From positions 1 through 64,000 of the forward strand of contig JANOSY010000092.1 of the NCBI GenBank assembly GCA_031416075.1: a DNA stretch of 64,000 nucleotides, read 5' to 3'. Both the position numbers and the translations under genes were made by a program. This stretch comes from Candidatus Tenderia sp. (GTDB taxonomy: Bacteria > Pseudomonadota > Gammaproteobacteria > Tenderiales > Tenderiaceae). The notes under the pieces are model-generated. The model was not told the DNA's origin. It did no database searches and was given only the letters and a program-made list of their open reading frames with translations. This document shows, in pieces, positions 8,979 to 19,439 of this stretch (positions within the stretch are counted from its first letter, which is position 1; the number at the start of each line of letters is the position of its first letter).

Positions 8979-11900
8979 ATGAATTACCGTTTCTTAAATA
9001 AAAACAACATATTATCAGCCCTGCTCTGTCTCGCCAGTGTAGCCCTCCCCGGTATCGTCCACGCCGTTGACGACGATGTTGATGGCATTGATGACAGCAT
9101 CGATAACTGCCCTTTTGTCAAAAATCCCGACCAAAAAAATTGGGACGGTGACACCTGGATTCTCAACAACCCCGATACCGGCGGCGACGCCTGCGACGAA
9201 GATGACGACAACGACGGTTATAAAGATACCGTAGACCTCTTCCCCCACAACGCCGCCGAGTGGGCCGACAACGACAAAGATGGCATCGGCGACAACGCCG
9301 ACCCCGATGACGACAACGATGGCGTGCTCGACTTTAATGACCCCAAAACCGGTAAAAACGACAACTGCCCGTTGATCGCCAACAAAGATCAGCTTAATAC
9401 TGACGGCGATGGCATGGGCAACGTCTGTGATGACGATGATGACAATGACGGCTACCCCGACATCAGCGACGCCTTCCCACTCGACAAAAAAGAGTGGTCT
9501 GACCGTGATGGCGACGGCAATGGTGACAACGCCGATATCGACAACGACAACGATAGCATCCCCGATGATGAGGATGATGATGATGATAGCGATCTGAAAA
9601 AAGACAATGTCGACAACTGCAAGTGGATCAAAAACTTCGACCAGCTCGATACCGATGGCGATGGCATGGGTGACGCCTGCGATGACGATGATGACAACGA
9701 CGGCTACAAAGACATCGTGGACGCCTTTCCCAAAAATGCCAAACAGTGGAAAGATAGCGATGGCGACGGTGTAGGCGACAATAACAACACCACGGCCACC
9801 ATCGACCCAAAGGGCGACAAATTCCCCACCAATCCCAGCGAATGGGCCGATAACGATGACGATACCATCGGTGATAACCGCGACCCCGACGACGATAACG
9901 ATGGCATCCCCGACAGTATTGAGATCAGCTACGCCCTGAACCCCCAGGTTGCCGACTCTGCAGCCGGTGCCGACAGTGACGGCTTCAGCAATCTGGTGGA
10001 GTACCGTGCCGGTTCATCACCCAAGGTTACCGCCGACACCCCCAATACACGCCAGCCACGCCAATATAAACTCATCAACAGTCTGGGTATTCAGGGTGAC
10101 AGCCTCGGCGCTGCCGTTGCCCTGCTGGGTAGCACCGCCATTACGGGCGCGCCCAACGGCTATCTCATCAGCAATAACAACCAACTTGCCAGCCACCGTG
10201 GCGGTGCACTCCTGTTTACCACCGCTGACAGTGGTAGCTCCTGGCAACAGGGCGCAAAATTCATCCCCACCACCAGCGCCCATACCCGCCTGGGCAAGGC
10301 CGTGGCGCTGGCCAACAGCGGCAATGACCTCTTTCTGAGTGCCGATGGCACCAATAGCGCCGGCGTAGTCTTCCTCTACACCTTTAACAGTGGCAGCTGG
10401 GGCATCCACCAGACCCTGACCGCCGCCGACAGTGGCACCAGCAGCAATAACAATCAGGGGTTTGGCAACAGCATCGTTGTCTCCGGCAATACCGCGCTGA
10501 TCAGCGCCCCCGGCACCAGCAGCAGCGGCAATTTTGCCGGTGCGGCCTACATATATGTGCGTAACAACACCACCAACCTGTGGGAGTACAAAGCCACACT
10601 TAAAGGCAACGATACCGCCACCCAGCACTTCTTTGGCAGCAGCATCGCCCTGGAGGGTGGCAGGGCCGTCGTCGGCGCCAGCGGCGTCAGCAACAGGGGT
10701 GCCAACAGCGGCAAGGTTTACGTATTTGAAGGCAGCGGTGCAAGCTGGAGCCAGACCGCCAGTTTTCAGGATGACGATACCGGCGCTGGCCACTACTTTG
10801 GTAGCAGTGTCGCGCTCAGTGGCGACACAGTGAACCCTCCAGACACTCTGGTGGTGGGGGCCATTGGTGTCAGCGGCACCGGGGCCAACTCCGGCGCGGC
10901 CTATGTATTTAAACTTGGTAGTGGAGTCTGGACGCCGCAGCCAATACTTACCGCCCCCGCCTCAGACGCTGCCGCCCAGCTCTTTTTTGGCTACAGCACG
11001 CTGATGATCGACAACCAAACCCTCATGGTCGGCACCCCCTGGGCTAACAGCCGTGGCAAAAGTAATACCGGCGGCCTCTACATCTACCGTCTGGTCAGTG
11101 GCAATTGGCTGTTTAATGGCAAGATGCAGAGCCACGACCAGCAGTCCGGAGACTATTACGCCAGCAGCGTCGCCTACAGCCTGATCAATACCACCCCCAC
11201 CCTGCTGGTGGGTGCCCCCGGCGTTAATGATAACGGCGACGGGGCTGGCGCCGCCTACAGCGTCAACCTCAGCACCATCAATGTCGACAGCGACGGCGAC
11301 AACATCGCCAATGCTTTTGATAACTGCCCTGACAACAGCAACCCCAATCAGGAGGATCTGGACAACGATGGTTTTGGCGACATCTGCGATCCCGACAGGG
11401 ATGGTGATGGGGTGGACAACGGGCCGGACATCTTCCCCGACGATCCGAACGAACGGCTCGACAAAGATATCGACGGCATGGGCGACAACATCGACCCCGA
11501 CGCCGATGACGACGGCATTCCTGATCGTATCGAAGTCGCCCTCGGCCTGAACCCACTTGATGCCAGTGACAAACTGCTAGACCTGGATGGTGATACCTAC
11601 AGCAATCTTGACGAGTACCGCGCCGGTACCGCCATCAATGACAAAAACGATAACCCTGGCAAACTCACCGCCAGTTACAGCAAGCTGATCACCAAAGATG
11701 GCACCCTCAACGACCGCTTTGGCAGCAGCAGCGTCATCTCCGACAACTACGCCATCATCGGCGCTGTTAATGGCAAGAAAAACGGTGTCAGCACCGGTGC
11801 CGTCTACGTCTTTGAACGCGACACCGGCACGGGCAAATGGCTACAGAAAGCCAAACTGTTTGCCAGCGATGCCACCAACGTCGCCCGATTTGGCAGCAGC

Positions 11901-14465
11901 GTTGCCCTCTTTAACGATATCGCCGTGGTAGGTGCACCAGGTGCCACCAATAACAGCAGTACCAACGCCGGGGCCGTCTACCTTTTCCAGCGCAATATCA
12001 CCACCGGTAACTGGGAAGAGATCAAAAAACTGACCGCCAGTGATGTCGCCACCAACCACGCCTTTGGCAGCAGTGTTGCCATTAACAGCAGCAGCCGTGT
12101 GGTAGTGGGTGCGCCAGGTGCCCATAAAAACAGTAGTGTTGCCAATACCGGTGCCCTCTACCTGTTTAATTTTGATGGCAGCGACTGGCAGCAGCAGAGC
12201 AAACTCACCGCCTTTGACAGCAAAAGTGGTGACGGTTTTGGCACCAGCGTAGCGGTATCGGGGGATCTGGTGATGGCCGGTGCCCCCCTGGCAGACAGCA
12301 TTAACTACGCCACGGGGGCGGTCTACCTGTTCCGGCACGATGGCGGTGGCAGCTGGAGTGAAAAACGGAAGCTGGTCGCCAGCAACGGCCTCAAAGGTGA
12401 CCGGTTTGGCAGCAGCATCGCCTTTGGCACCCTTATACAGACGGTCGCCACCATCCCCACCTACTTTGGCACCCTTGCCGTGGGTGCGCCGGGGCGCGGT
12501 GATAATGGTGCCAACGCCGGTGCCGTCTACGCCTTCAACTACAGCTCAACGGGCAACTTTAACGATGATAGCCGCTGGCTCCAGGAGAGCAGCCACTTCA
12601 AGGCGCGGGATGGCATGTTGCTCGACGGCCTGGCTGGCAGTGTGGCACTCACCTTTACGGTGGATGGTGATGGCAAACGCAGCGCCACCATCGTCGCCGG
12701 TGCGAAACTGCGCGACAGTAAACAGGTCGACAGCGGTGCCGTCTATCTGTTTACTCAGACATCCGGCAACAGCTGGGTGCAGCAGACCCCACTCACCAGC
12801 AGTAGCAGCCGCAGCTACGACTCCTTTGGCAGCAGTGTTGCCATCAACAGCGGCAAACAGCTGCTGATCGGGGCCAATGGCAGTGACGATAACGACTTTG
12901 ATGCCGGCGCTGCCTTTATTGTCGGCTACAGCGATGCTGACAATCCGGATGAAATCGACCCGGCCATTACCAACCCGGCAATCAGCAATAAACGCCCGGA
13001 CGGCATTTACACCGCCTTTGATAACTGCCCTGACATCTTCAACCCCGACCAGCTCAATAACGACCAGAACTTCACCAATGGCGACAATCTGGGCGACGCC
13101 TGTGACGACAATGATGATAACGATGGGGTAAAAGACGTCGATGACACCTTCCCGTTTGACCCCAGGGAGTGGCTGGATACCGACGGCGATGGCATCGGCA
13201 ATAACTCCGACGATGATGATGACAACGACGGCATTCCTGACATCGCCGAAATAGCCGCTGCCACAAAGCCGCTGGTCAACGATGCCCATGAGGACAAGGA
13301 TGGTGACGGCCTGAGCAACCTGAAGGAGTTCCAGCTGGGCACGGGGATCAACAAGCCCGACTCCGACGACGATACGTTTAACGATGGTGTAGAGGATTAC
13401 TACGGCACCAGCCCAAACAATCAGGGAATCACACCGGTCTCCATCATCTCCAAGTCACCGTTAAAACCGGTGATCAAGCCGATCGCCTCGCCGCTGCCAC
13501 TCACCACCCGCAGCTTTGATACCGAACCGTTCGGTGATACCGGTAATAATGATAGAGACAAGCAAGAGATTATCGAAAACCCCGCAAATAGCCAGAAAGA
13601 TTACCTGACGGAGAGTGACTGGGAGATCAACTCATTTATCACCTTCTCTGACAGTGGTCGTATCCTGCGCCGCAACCTGCGTGGCATCACCTCCGCCGCC
13701 GATGAGATCAAGGTCCGTAAACTCACCATTGCCGACGGCATTCTGCTGCCCGGTGGCCGCTACTGGATCCGCACCCGCCACCGCGACGGGACCTATTGGT
13801 CTTTATGGTCAGACCCTGTGGAGATCAACGTCTCCACCGAAGGCAGCCACGACAGTGACAAAAACGGCGTGGATGACCGCTACGACGCCGGGCTGGGCTT
13901 TGATGTTGATGGCAATGGCACAGTTGACCCTGAGACCATCGAACCCGCCATCATCAAGCTACGCAATGCCGGCGATAACAGCATCATCGGTATCCAGCTC
14001 TCCAGCGGCGCGCGGTTCAGCCAGCTTACCGCCATCCCCTTTAGCGCCCTGCCTGCCAGACACGCCGCCAACGGGCGAATGCCCTACGGCCTCATCAACT
14101 TCCGTATTGAAGACCTGGTATCCACCGACACCAGTCCGGCACAGGTCACCATCTCGTTCTACCTGCCCACGGCACCCGACGCTACTGGCCGCTGGTATAA
14201 ATACAACCCCAGCGACGATACCCTCACCGATATGACAACCCGGGTTGAGATTATCGATAAAAAGGTCAACCTCACCCTGAAGGATGGGGAGGAGTTTGAT
14301 GCCGACGGCGTCGTCAACGGCGTGGTGGTGGACCCCAGTGGGCTCTACTTCCTGCTCACCGACGAGGAGAAGCTCAGCGGTTACAAAGCCGGAGCGCTCT
14401 CGCCCCTGCTACTGCTGGGGCTGCTGCTGTGCTGGCCACTGCGACGGCTGGGCCGCAGAAGGTAA
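8979..14465 (+). CDS. Large surface protein: thrombospondin type-3 repeats, two FG-GAP blocks, choice-of-anchor-U-like C-terminal domain and sorting tail
   Basis: Signal peptide, many DNCP...NPDQ.D.DGDG.GDACD repeats, and FG.SVA...VGAP...GAVY repeats. The C-terminus has PYGLINF...WYKY...DADGVVNGVVVDPSG and the tail AGALSPLLLLGLLLCWPLRRLGRRR. Confidence 0.9.
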   Translation: MNYRFLNKNNILSALLCLASVALPGIVHAVDDDVDGIDDSIDNCPFVKNPDQKNWDGDTWILNNPDTGGDACDEDDDNDGYKDTVDLFPHNAAEWADNDKDGIGDNADPDDDNDGVLDFNDPKTGKNDNCPLIANKDQLNTDGDGMGNVCDDDDDNDGYPDISDAFPLDKKEWSDRDGDGNGDNADIDNDNDSIPDDEDDDDDSDLKKDNVDNCKWIKNFDQLDTDGDGMGDACDDDDDNDGYKDIVDAFPKNAKQWKDSDGDGVGDNNNTTATIDPKGDKFPTNPSEWADNDDDTIGDNRDPDDDNDGIPDSIEISYALNPQVADSAAGADSDGFSNLVEYRAGSSPKVTADTPNTRQPRQYKLINSLGIQGDSLGAAVALLGSTAITGAPNGYLISNNNQLASHRGGALLFTTADSGSSWQQGAKFIPTTSAHTRLGKAVALANSGNDLFLSADGTNSAGVVFLYTFNSGSWGIHQTLTAADSGTSSNNNQGFGNSIVVSGNTALISAPGTSSSGNFAGAAYIYVRNNTTNLWEYKATLKGNDTATQHFFGSSIALEGGRAVVGASGVSNRGANSGKVYVFEGSGASWSQTASFQDDDTGAGHYFGSSVALSGDTVNPPDTLVVGAIGVSGTGANSGAAYVFKLGSGVWTPQPILTAPASDAAAQLFFGYSTLMIDNQTLMVGTPWANSRGKSNTGGLYIYRLVSGNWLFNGKMQSHDQQSGDYYASSVAYSLINTTPTLLVGAPGVNDNGDGAGAAYSVNLSTINVDSDGDNIANAFDNCPDNSNPNQEDLDNDGFGDICDPDRDGDGVDNGPDIFPDDPNERLDKDIDGMGDNIDPDADDDGIPDRIEVALGLNPLDASDKLLDLDGDTYSNLDEYRAGTAINDKNDNPGKLTASYSKLITKDGTLNDRFGSSSVISDNYAIIGAVNGKKNGVSTGAVYVFERDTGTGKWLQKAKLFASDATNVARFGSSVALFNDIAVVGAPGATNNSSTNAGAVYLFQRNITTGNWEEIKKLTASDVATNHAFGSSVAINSSSRVVVGAPGAHKNSSVANTGALYLFNFDGSDWQQQSKLTAFDSKSGDGFGTSVAVSGDLVMAGAPLADSINYATGAVYLFRHDGGGSWSEKRKLVASNGLKGDRFGSSIAFGTLIQTVATIPTYFGTLAVGAPGRGDNGANAGAVYAFNYSSTGNFNDDSRWLQESSHFKARDGMLLDGLAGSVALTFTVDGDGKRSATIVAGAKLRDSKQVDSGAVYLFTQTSGNSWVQQTPLTSSSSRSYDSFGSSVAINSGKQLLIGANGSDDNDFDAGAAFIVGYSDADNPDEIDPAITNPAISNKRPDGIYTAFDNCPDIFNPDQLNNDQNFTNGDNLGDACDDNDDNDGVKDVDDTFPFDPREWLDTDGDGIGNNSDDDDDNDGIPDIAEIAAATKPLVNDAHEDKDGDGLSNLKEFQLGTGINKPDSDDDTFNDGVEDYYGTSPNNQGITPVSIISKSPLKPVIKPIASPLPLTTRSFDTEPFGDTGNNDRDKQEIIENPANSQKDYLTESDWEINSFITFSDSGRILRRNLRGITSAADEIKVRKLTIADGILLPGGRYWIRTRHRDGTYWSLWSDPVEINVSTEGSHDSDKNGVDDRYDAGLGFDVDGNGTVDPETIEPAIIKLRNAGDNSIIGIQLSSGARFSQLTAIPFSALPARHAANGRMPYGLINFRIEDLVSTDTSPAQVTISFYLPTAPDATGRWYKYNPSDDTLTDMTTRVEIIDKKVNLTLKDGEEFDADGVVNGVVVDPSGLYFLLTDEEKLSGYKAGALSPLLLLGLLLCWPLRRLGRRR

Positions 14466-14492
14466 GAGTCAATATCGTTTGAATAAATATGG

Positions 14493-15212
14493 TTAATCAG
14501 AACGCCCGGGCAGATCGGCCCGGGCGCAGAGCCATAGCTCCACCCACTCCACCCCCGCCTGTTTCAGCGCCTTGGCCAACAGTTCGGCAGTGCTGCCCGT
14601 CGTCATCACATCATCCACCACGATCACCCGCCGGATACTGGCAGGATCAGGCATAGTCACGGCAAACGCCCCGTTAAGGTTACGGCGACGCGCTTTGGCA
14701 CTCTGCCCCAGTTGCGGTGTGGTATCCCGCAACCGCTGGCTGAGCTGTGGCAACAGCGGTAGCTCTAACGCCTTGGCCAGTGGTCGCGCCAGCTCCAGCG
14801 CCTGATTAAAACCGCGCTGCCGCAACCGCGCAGGGTGCAGCGGCACCGGCACAATGGCATCAAATTGCATGGCGGCACTGCCCTGCCAACGCTCAGCCAT
14901 CAGCTGTCCCAGCAGGCGGGCGTTATGGAGCTTGCCACCAAACTTTAACCCTTTGATCAGCTGGTCCAGCGGTTCACGATAGTAAAAGAGCGCCCGCGCC
15001 GCATCAAAGCTAGGCGGCGATTGCTGGCACTGACCACACACCCCCGGCGCGGGCAAGGGAATGGCACAGCGCTCACAGGCAATCCCGATATAAGGCAGCT
15101 CTGCGGCACAGCCGTCACAGAGGTCGTGCCCCGCCACCCCCATTCGGTCACAGAGGATGCAGGTATCCGGCAGGAGCCAATTGTGGGTAATTTTTAGCCA
15201 GTTGTTAACCAT
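14493..15212 (-). CDS. comF: ComF family amidophosphoribosyltransferase-like protein
   Basis: Zn-finger CxxC pairs, RGFNQA and VVDDVMTTGST. Divergent from bioB, the usual gammaproteobacterial arrangement. Confidence 0.9.
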   Translation of the reverse strand: MVNNWLKITHNWLLPDTCILCDRMGVAGHDLCDGCAAELPYIGIACERCAIPLPAPGVCGQCQQSPPSFDAARALFYYREPLDQLIKGLKFGGKLHNARLLGQLMAERWQGSAAMQFDAIVPVPLHPARLRQRGFNQALELARPLAKALELPLLPQLSQRLRDTTPQLGQSAKARRRNLNGAFAVTMPDPASIRRVIVVDDVMTTGSTAELLAKALKQAGVEWVELWLCARADLPGRSD

Positions 15213-15233
15213 GGGCAATATTTGGGTTGACAG
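15202..15233. promoter_or_regulatory. BirA operator (bioO)
   Basis: TTGTTAACC-N14-GGTTGACAG palindrome upstream of bioB, overlapping the comF start codon. Confidence 0.8.
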
Positions 15234-15329
15234 TGGTGGCGCAGCCGTTAAGATCAGCGCCAACGAATTAATAGCGAATATCGCTGAATATACCCCAGAA
15301 TCTATTCACGAATAGAAGGAAACAACCCC

Positions 15330-16358
15330 ATGGACAGTACCATCTTCACCCGCATCGACGAACTTACCCAGCGCGCCCTCAACGGCGGCACAGTGACAGC
15401 CGCCGAAGGGCGCTGGCTGATCGGCCTGGATGACGACTACACCCCGTGGCTGATGGCCGGTGCCGACCGCATCCGCAAAACCTTCCGTGGCAACGAGATC
15501 GAGGTCTGCGCCATCTCCAATGTCCGTTCCGGCAACTGCTCCGAAAACTGCTCCTTCTGTTCGCAGTCGGGCCACAGCAAAACGGCCGCGCCAGCCTACG
15601 ACTACATCCCCAAGGAACAACTGTTAGCACAGGCGCGCCAGGCCCGCGAATGGGGCGCGGCCGACTTTGGCATCGTCTCCAAGGGGTGGGGCGTGCGCTC
15701 TGAAAAAGAGAAGGCCAAGCTGCAAGAGTACTTCACCGCGATGGATGGCGAGTCCGATATCGGCCGTTGCGCCAGCCTCGGTGCGCTCGACAAAGAGACC
15801 GCCGTGATGCTGAAAGGGATGGGGCTGGAGAACTACCACCACAACCTTGAGTCTGCCGAGAGCTTTTTTGACAAAGTCTGCACCACCCACACCTACCAAG
15901 AGAACATCGACACCATCAAACACGCCCGCGACGCCGGTCTGCGGGTCTGCGCCGGTGGCATCCTTGGCATGGGTGAGTCGCTTGACCAGCGCATTGAGCT
16001 TGCCGAGACACTGCGTAACCTCGGCGTTGAATCGGTGCCGATGAACTTCCTCAACCCCGTTGCCGGCACCCCCATGGCCAACGTCGAACCGATGAAACCT
16101 TACGACATCCTGCGTTCCATCGCCACCTACCGTTACCTCATGCCCAAGGCCGAGATCCGCATCGCCGGTGGCCGCCAGTTCCTCGGCGACATGCAGGCGA
16201 TGATCTTCATGGCCGGTGCCTCAGGCGTGATGATCGGCGACTACCTCACCACCAAGGGCCGCAGCGTGCAGGACGACCTGAAGATGATCCGCGATTTGAA
16301 GCTGGAGGTGCGGGGTGATACCCAGCAGCGGCGTGAAGTTACTGCAACATCGGCCTGA
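15330..16358 (+). CDS. bioB: Biotin synthase (radical SAM), type II-like ligand set
   Basis: CSENCSFC radical SAM motif, YHHNLE, VCAGGILGMGE and GDYLTT. First gene of the bio operon. Confidence 0.95.
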   Translation: MDSTIFTRIDELTQRALNGGTVTAAEGRWLIGLDDDYTPWLMAGADRIRKTFRGNEIEVCAISNVRSGNCSENCSFCSQSGHSKTAAPAYDYIPKEQLLAQARQAREWGAADFGIVSKGWGVRSEKEKAKLQEYFTAMDGESDIGRCASLGALDKETAVMLKGMGLENYHHNLESAESFFDKVCTTHTYQENIDTIKHARDAGLRVCAGGILGMGESLDQRIELAETLRNLGVESVPMNFLNPVAGTPMANVEPMKPYDILRSIATYRYLMPKAEIRIAGGRQFLGDMQAMIFMAGASGVMIGDYLTTKGRSVQDDLKMIRDLKLEVRGDTQQRREVTATSA

Positions 16359-16406
16359 GCGGCAACTTGTCGGAATCATCCCCATCTCACCGAAATTCCC
16401 CGATAG

Positions 16407-16500
16407 CCCCCCTCTTTGTTAAAGAGGGGCTGGGGGAGATTTAATGCACACAGCAATCACTCAAAATCCCCCTCAATCCCCCTTTTTCAAAGAGGGAAGT
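16407..16500. repeat. REP/REPIN-like paired palindromic element, copy 1
   Basis: Left arm CCCCTCTTTGTTAAAGAGGGGCTGGGGGAGATTT. Inverted right arm AAATCCCCCTCAATCCCCCTTTTTCAAAGAGGGAAG. A similar element lies at 63574-63691. Confidence 0.75.
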
Positions 16501-16523
16501 TATCGTGCTTCGAAGATAGGTTC

Positions 16524-17672
16524 ATGCTAGACCTTCGCACCGAACTCACCCGCCTGCACGAGGCAAACCTCTACCGCCAGCGCCGTATCAGCGCCAGCGC
16601 CACCGGCGTTCGTGTGCAGATCGACGGCCGTGAGCTGCTCTCCTTCTGTAGCAACGACTACCTCGGCCTTGCCAACCACCCCGAGGTGATCAAGGCGATG
16701 CAGGAGGGCGCGGCACGCTGGGGTGTCGGCAGCGGCGCATCCCATCTGGTCAACGGCCACACCTCCGCTCATCACGCCCTTGAGGAGGAGCTGGCGGCAT
16801 TTACACAACGGCCCCGCGCCCTGCTCTTCTCCACCGGCTACATGGCCAACCTCGGCGTCATCGCGGCGCTCTGCGGCCGTGGTGATTTTGTCTTTGAAGA
16901 TCGACTCAACCACGCCTCGCTGCTCGACGGTGCACGGCTGTCACAGGCACGGCTGCAACGTTATGGCCACAACGATGCTGAGTCGTTGAAGCAAAAACTG
17001 AACGCCCATGAGCGTGGCGAAAAGCTGGTGGCCACCGACGGCGTATTCAGTATGGATGGCGACATCGCCGCCCTGCCCGAACTGTGCAAAATCACACAGC
17101 AACACCAGTCATGGCTGATGGTGGACGACGCCCACGGCTTTGGTGTGCTGGGTAAAACGGGCGGCGGTTGCGTCGAGCAGTTTGGTTTGAACATCGACGC
17201 GGTGCCGATCCTCATCGGCACGTTGGGCAAGGCGTTTGGCACCTTTGGTGCCTTTGTGGCGGGCAGCGAAGCGCTGATCGAATTCATGATTCAAAAGGCG
17301 CGCCCCTACATCTACACCACCGCTCTGCCCCCCGCCGTGGCCGAGGCGAGCCGTGTCAGCCTGCGGCTGCTGCAAAGCGAAGGGTGGCGGCGTGAGAAAT
17401 TACAGAGTCTGATTCAACAATTCCGCAACGGTGCAAAACAACTTGGTCTGCAATTGATGGAGTCACAAACGCCGATCCAGCCGCTGCTGATCGGTGACAA
17501 CGGTAAAGCAATGGCAATGAGTGCAGCCTTAAAACAACAGGGCATCCTGATCACCGCCATCCGTCCGCCCACCGTGCCCGACGGCACAGCACGTTTACGT
17601 ATCACCTTCAGCGCCGACCACAGCGAAGCCGACGTGGTGCAGCTACTGAACGCCCTGGAACAGATCCGATGA
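16524..17672 (+). CDS. bioF: 8-amino-7-oxononanoate synthase
   Basis: [21 protein letters not shown] and GTLGKAFG. Start at ATG 16524, because the longer ORF reads through the repeat. Confidence 0.95.
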   Translation: MLDLRTELTRLHEANLYRQRRISASATGVRVQIDGRELLSFCSNDYLGLANHPEVIKAMQEGAARWGVGSGASHLVNGHTSAHHALEEELAAFTQRPRALLFSTGYMANLGVIAALCGRGDFVFEDRLNHASLLDGARLSQARLQRYGHNDAESLKQKLNAHERGEKLVATDGVFSMDGDIAALPELCKITQQHQSWLMVDDAHGFGVLGKTGGGCVEQFGLNIDAVPILIGTLGKAFGTFGAFVAGSEALIEFMIQKARPYIYTTALPPAVAEASRVSLRLLQSEGWRREKLQSLIQQFRNGAKQLGLQLMESQTPIQPLLIGDNGKAMAMSAALKQQGILITAIRPPTVPDGTARLRITFSADHSEADVVQLLNALEQIR

Positions 17673-18442
17673 GCTCTCTTCACAGCGAAGCCTTTGGCCA
17701 AGGACCAGACTTGGTACTGATCCACGGCTGGGGTCTGCACGGCGGCATCTGGCAGCCGCTGATCGAGGCACTGCAAGATCGTTATCGCCTCACCGTCATC
17801 GATCTGCCCGGCCACGGCCACAGCGCCCTGCCTGCCGGTGGGTTTGATCTCGACCGTCTTTCACAGATGCTGATGGATGTTGCCCCCGCCCATGCCAGCT
17901 GGATCGGCTGGTCGCTCGGTGGCATGGCAGCGCTCAACGCCGCACTGCACTGGCCACAACAGATCAACAAGGTGGTGATGGTGGCCGCGCAACCGCAGTT
18001 CATCAAAACAGATGACTGGCCGCACGCCACACCTGGCAACAGCCTGGCCGCCTTTACTAAGAGCTTGGTCAACCATACTGAACAGACATTGAAACGTTTT
18101 CTCAGTCTGCAAGTGCGTGATAGCAACGATGAAAAAGCGCTGTTGCGGCGAGTACGCAGCATCGTTGAAGAGCGGCCATTGCCGCAAGGTGAAGCGTTGC
18201 GACTGGGATTGGAGATTCTGAAAACCGCCAACCTGCGGCCACAGCTGCAACAGCTGCAACGGCCGATACAGTTCATCCTGGGTGAACGCGACATGCTGGT
18301 GCCGGTGCAGTGTGCGGAGTCCATTCAGCTTCTCCTGCCCAAGGCCCGCATCGAGATTATGCCCGGCGTGGGCCACATCCCGTTTCTCTCGCACACCGAT
18401 GAGTTTCTGCAACTGCTGTTGCCTTTTATAGAGCAGAGATAA
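17669..18442 (+). CDS. bioH: Pimeloyl-ACP methyl ester esterase
   Basis: IHGWG, GWSLGG and GHIPFLSH, plus its operon position. Confidence 0.92.
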   Translation: MSSLHSEAFGQGPDLVLIHGWGLHGGIWQPLIEALQDRYRLTVIDLPGHGHSALPAGGFDLDRLSQMLMDVAPAHASWIGWSLGGMAALNAALHWPQQINKVVMVAAQPQFIKTDDWPHATPGNSLAAFTKSLVNHTEQTLKRFLSLQVRDSNDEKALLRRVRSIVEERPLPQGEALRLGLEILKTANLRPQLQQLQRPIQFILGERDMLVPVQCAESIQLLLPKARIEIMPGVGHIPFLSHTDEFLQLLLPFIEQR

Positions 18443-19320
18443 TGGACAACACCCCTTACCAACTCAACAAACGTCTGGTGCGCGAATCCTTTGATCGCGC
18501 CGCGCCGGGTTACGATGATGTGGCGCTGCTGCAACAGACCATCGCCCAGCGTCTGCTAGAACGACTTGACCTGATCAAGCTACAACCGCAACGCATCCTC
18601 GACGTCGGCGCTGGCACCGGCCAGCTCACCCTGCAACTCACCCGCCGCTATAAAAACTGCGAGGTTATTGCGCTCGACCTTGCCCCCGCCATGCTCAAAC
18701 TGGCGCGACAACGGTTAGGCATGCTCGACAAGTGGTTTGGCAAACAGCGTTTCATCTGTGGTGATGCGGACCATCTGCCACTGGCCGACAACAGCGTCGA
18801 CATGATCATCTCCAACTTCGCCATTCAGTGGTGCAGTGATCTTGACCAGACCTTTACTGAGTTCCAGCGGGTACTCAAACCCGACGGCCTGTTGCTCTTT
18901 ACCACCTTTGGCCCTGACACCCTGAAGGAGCTACGCCAGGCGTGGCGCACGGTGGATGATGCCATTCACGTCAACAGTTTTATCGACATGCACGACATCG
19001 GCGATGCCATGATGCGGGCAAAATTTTCCGACCCGGTGATGGATACCGAACGCCTGACCCTGACCTACAAAGATGGCATGGCAGTGATGCGCGACCTGAA
19101 GGCGATGGGGGCGCACAACGTCAGCGCCGGGCGCAGCCATGCGCTCACCGGCAAACAGAAGTTGCAACAGATGCTGTGTGCCTACGACAAATTCAAAAAC
19201 AGCGATGGCCTGTTGCCCGCCACCTATGAGGTGGTCTACGGCCACGCCTGGGGCGCAGCCCCCGCCCCCCAGCACCACGATGGTGAAATACACATCCCCC
19301 TCACCCAAATCGGCCGTTGA
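18442..19320 (+). CDS. bioC: Malonyl-ACP O-methyltransferase
   Basis: LDVGAGTG, FGPDTLKEL, DMHDIGD and YEVVYGHAW. Confidence 0.95.
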   Translation: MDNTPYQLNKRLVRESFDRAAPGYDDVALLQQTIAQRLLERLDLIKLQPQRILDVGAGTGQLTLQLTRRYKNCEVIALDLAPAMLKLARQRLGMLDKWFGKQRFICGDADHLPLADNSVDMIISNFAIQWCSDLDQTFTEFQRVLKPDGLLLFTTFGPDTLKELRQAWRTVDDAIHVNSFIDMHDIGDAMMRAKFSDPVMDTERLTLTYKDGMAVMRDLKAMGAHNVSAGRSHALTGKQKLQQMLCAYDKFKNSDGLLPATYEVVYGHAWGAAPAPQHHDGEIHIPLTQIGR

Positions 19321-19399
19321 GTTCGGGCTCTCGTTTGATCAGCCATTTTTTGATCACATCAAAGAGAAACATCACATCGATGTAGCGCTGCACCTAGCC

Positions 19400-19430
19400 G
19401 AAGGAAGCAGTTTCTTCCTTCAGTTTTTTT
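19400..19430 (+). terminator. Intrinsic terminator after bioC
   Basis: GAAGGAAG-CAGTTT-CTTCCTTC hairpin followed by AGTTTTTTT. Confidence 0.6.
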
Positions 19431-19439
19431 AGTTCCCTC

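Noticed and set aside
9070-9920. Repetitive GAC/GAT-rich DNA suggestive of an array
   Set aside because: Fully explained by Asp-rich TSP3 coding repeats.
16416-16523. N-terminal extension of BioF in the ORF track
   Set aside because: It is translation through the palindromic repeat. BioF similarity starts at ATG 16524.
19348-19363. FNR-like TTGAT...ATCAA
   Set aside because: The spacer is 3 nt instead of 4, and the site lies between convergent gene ends.
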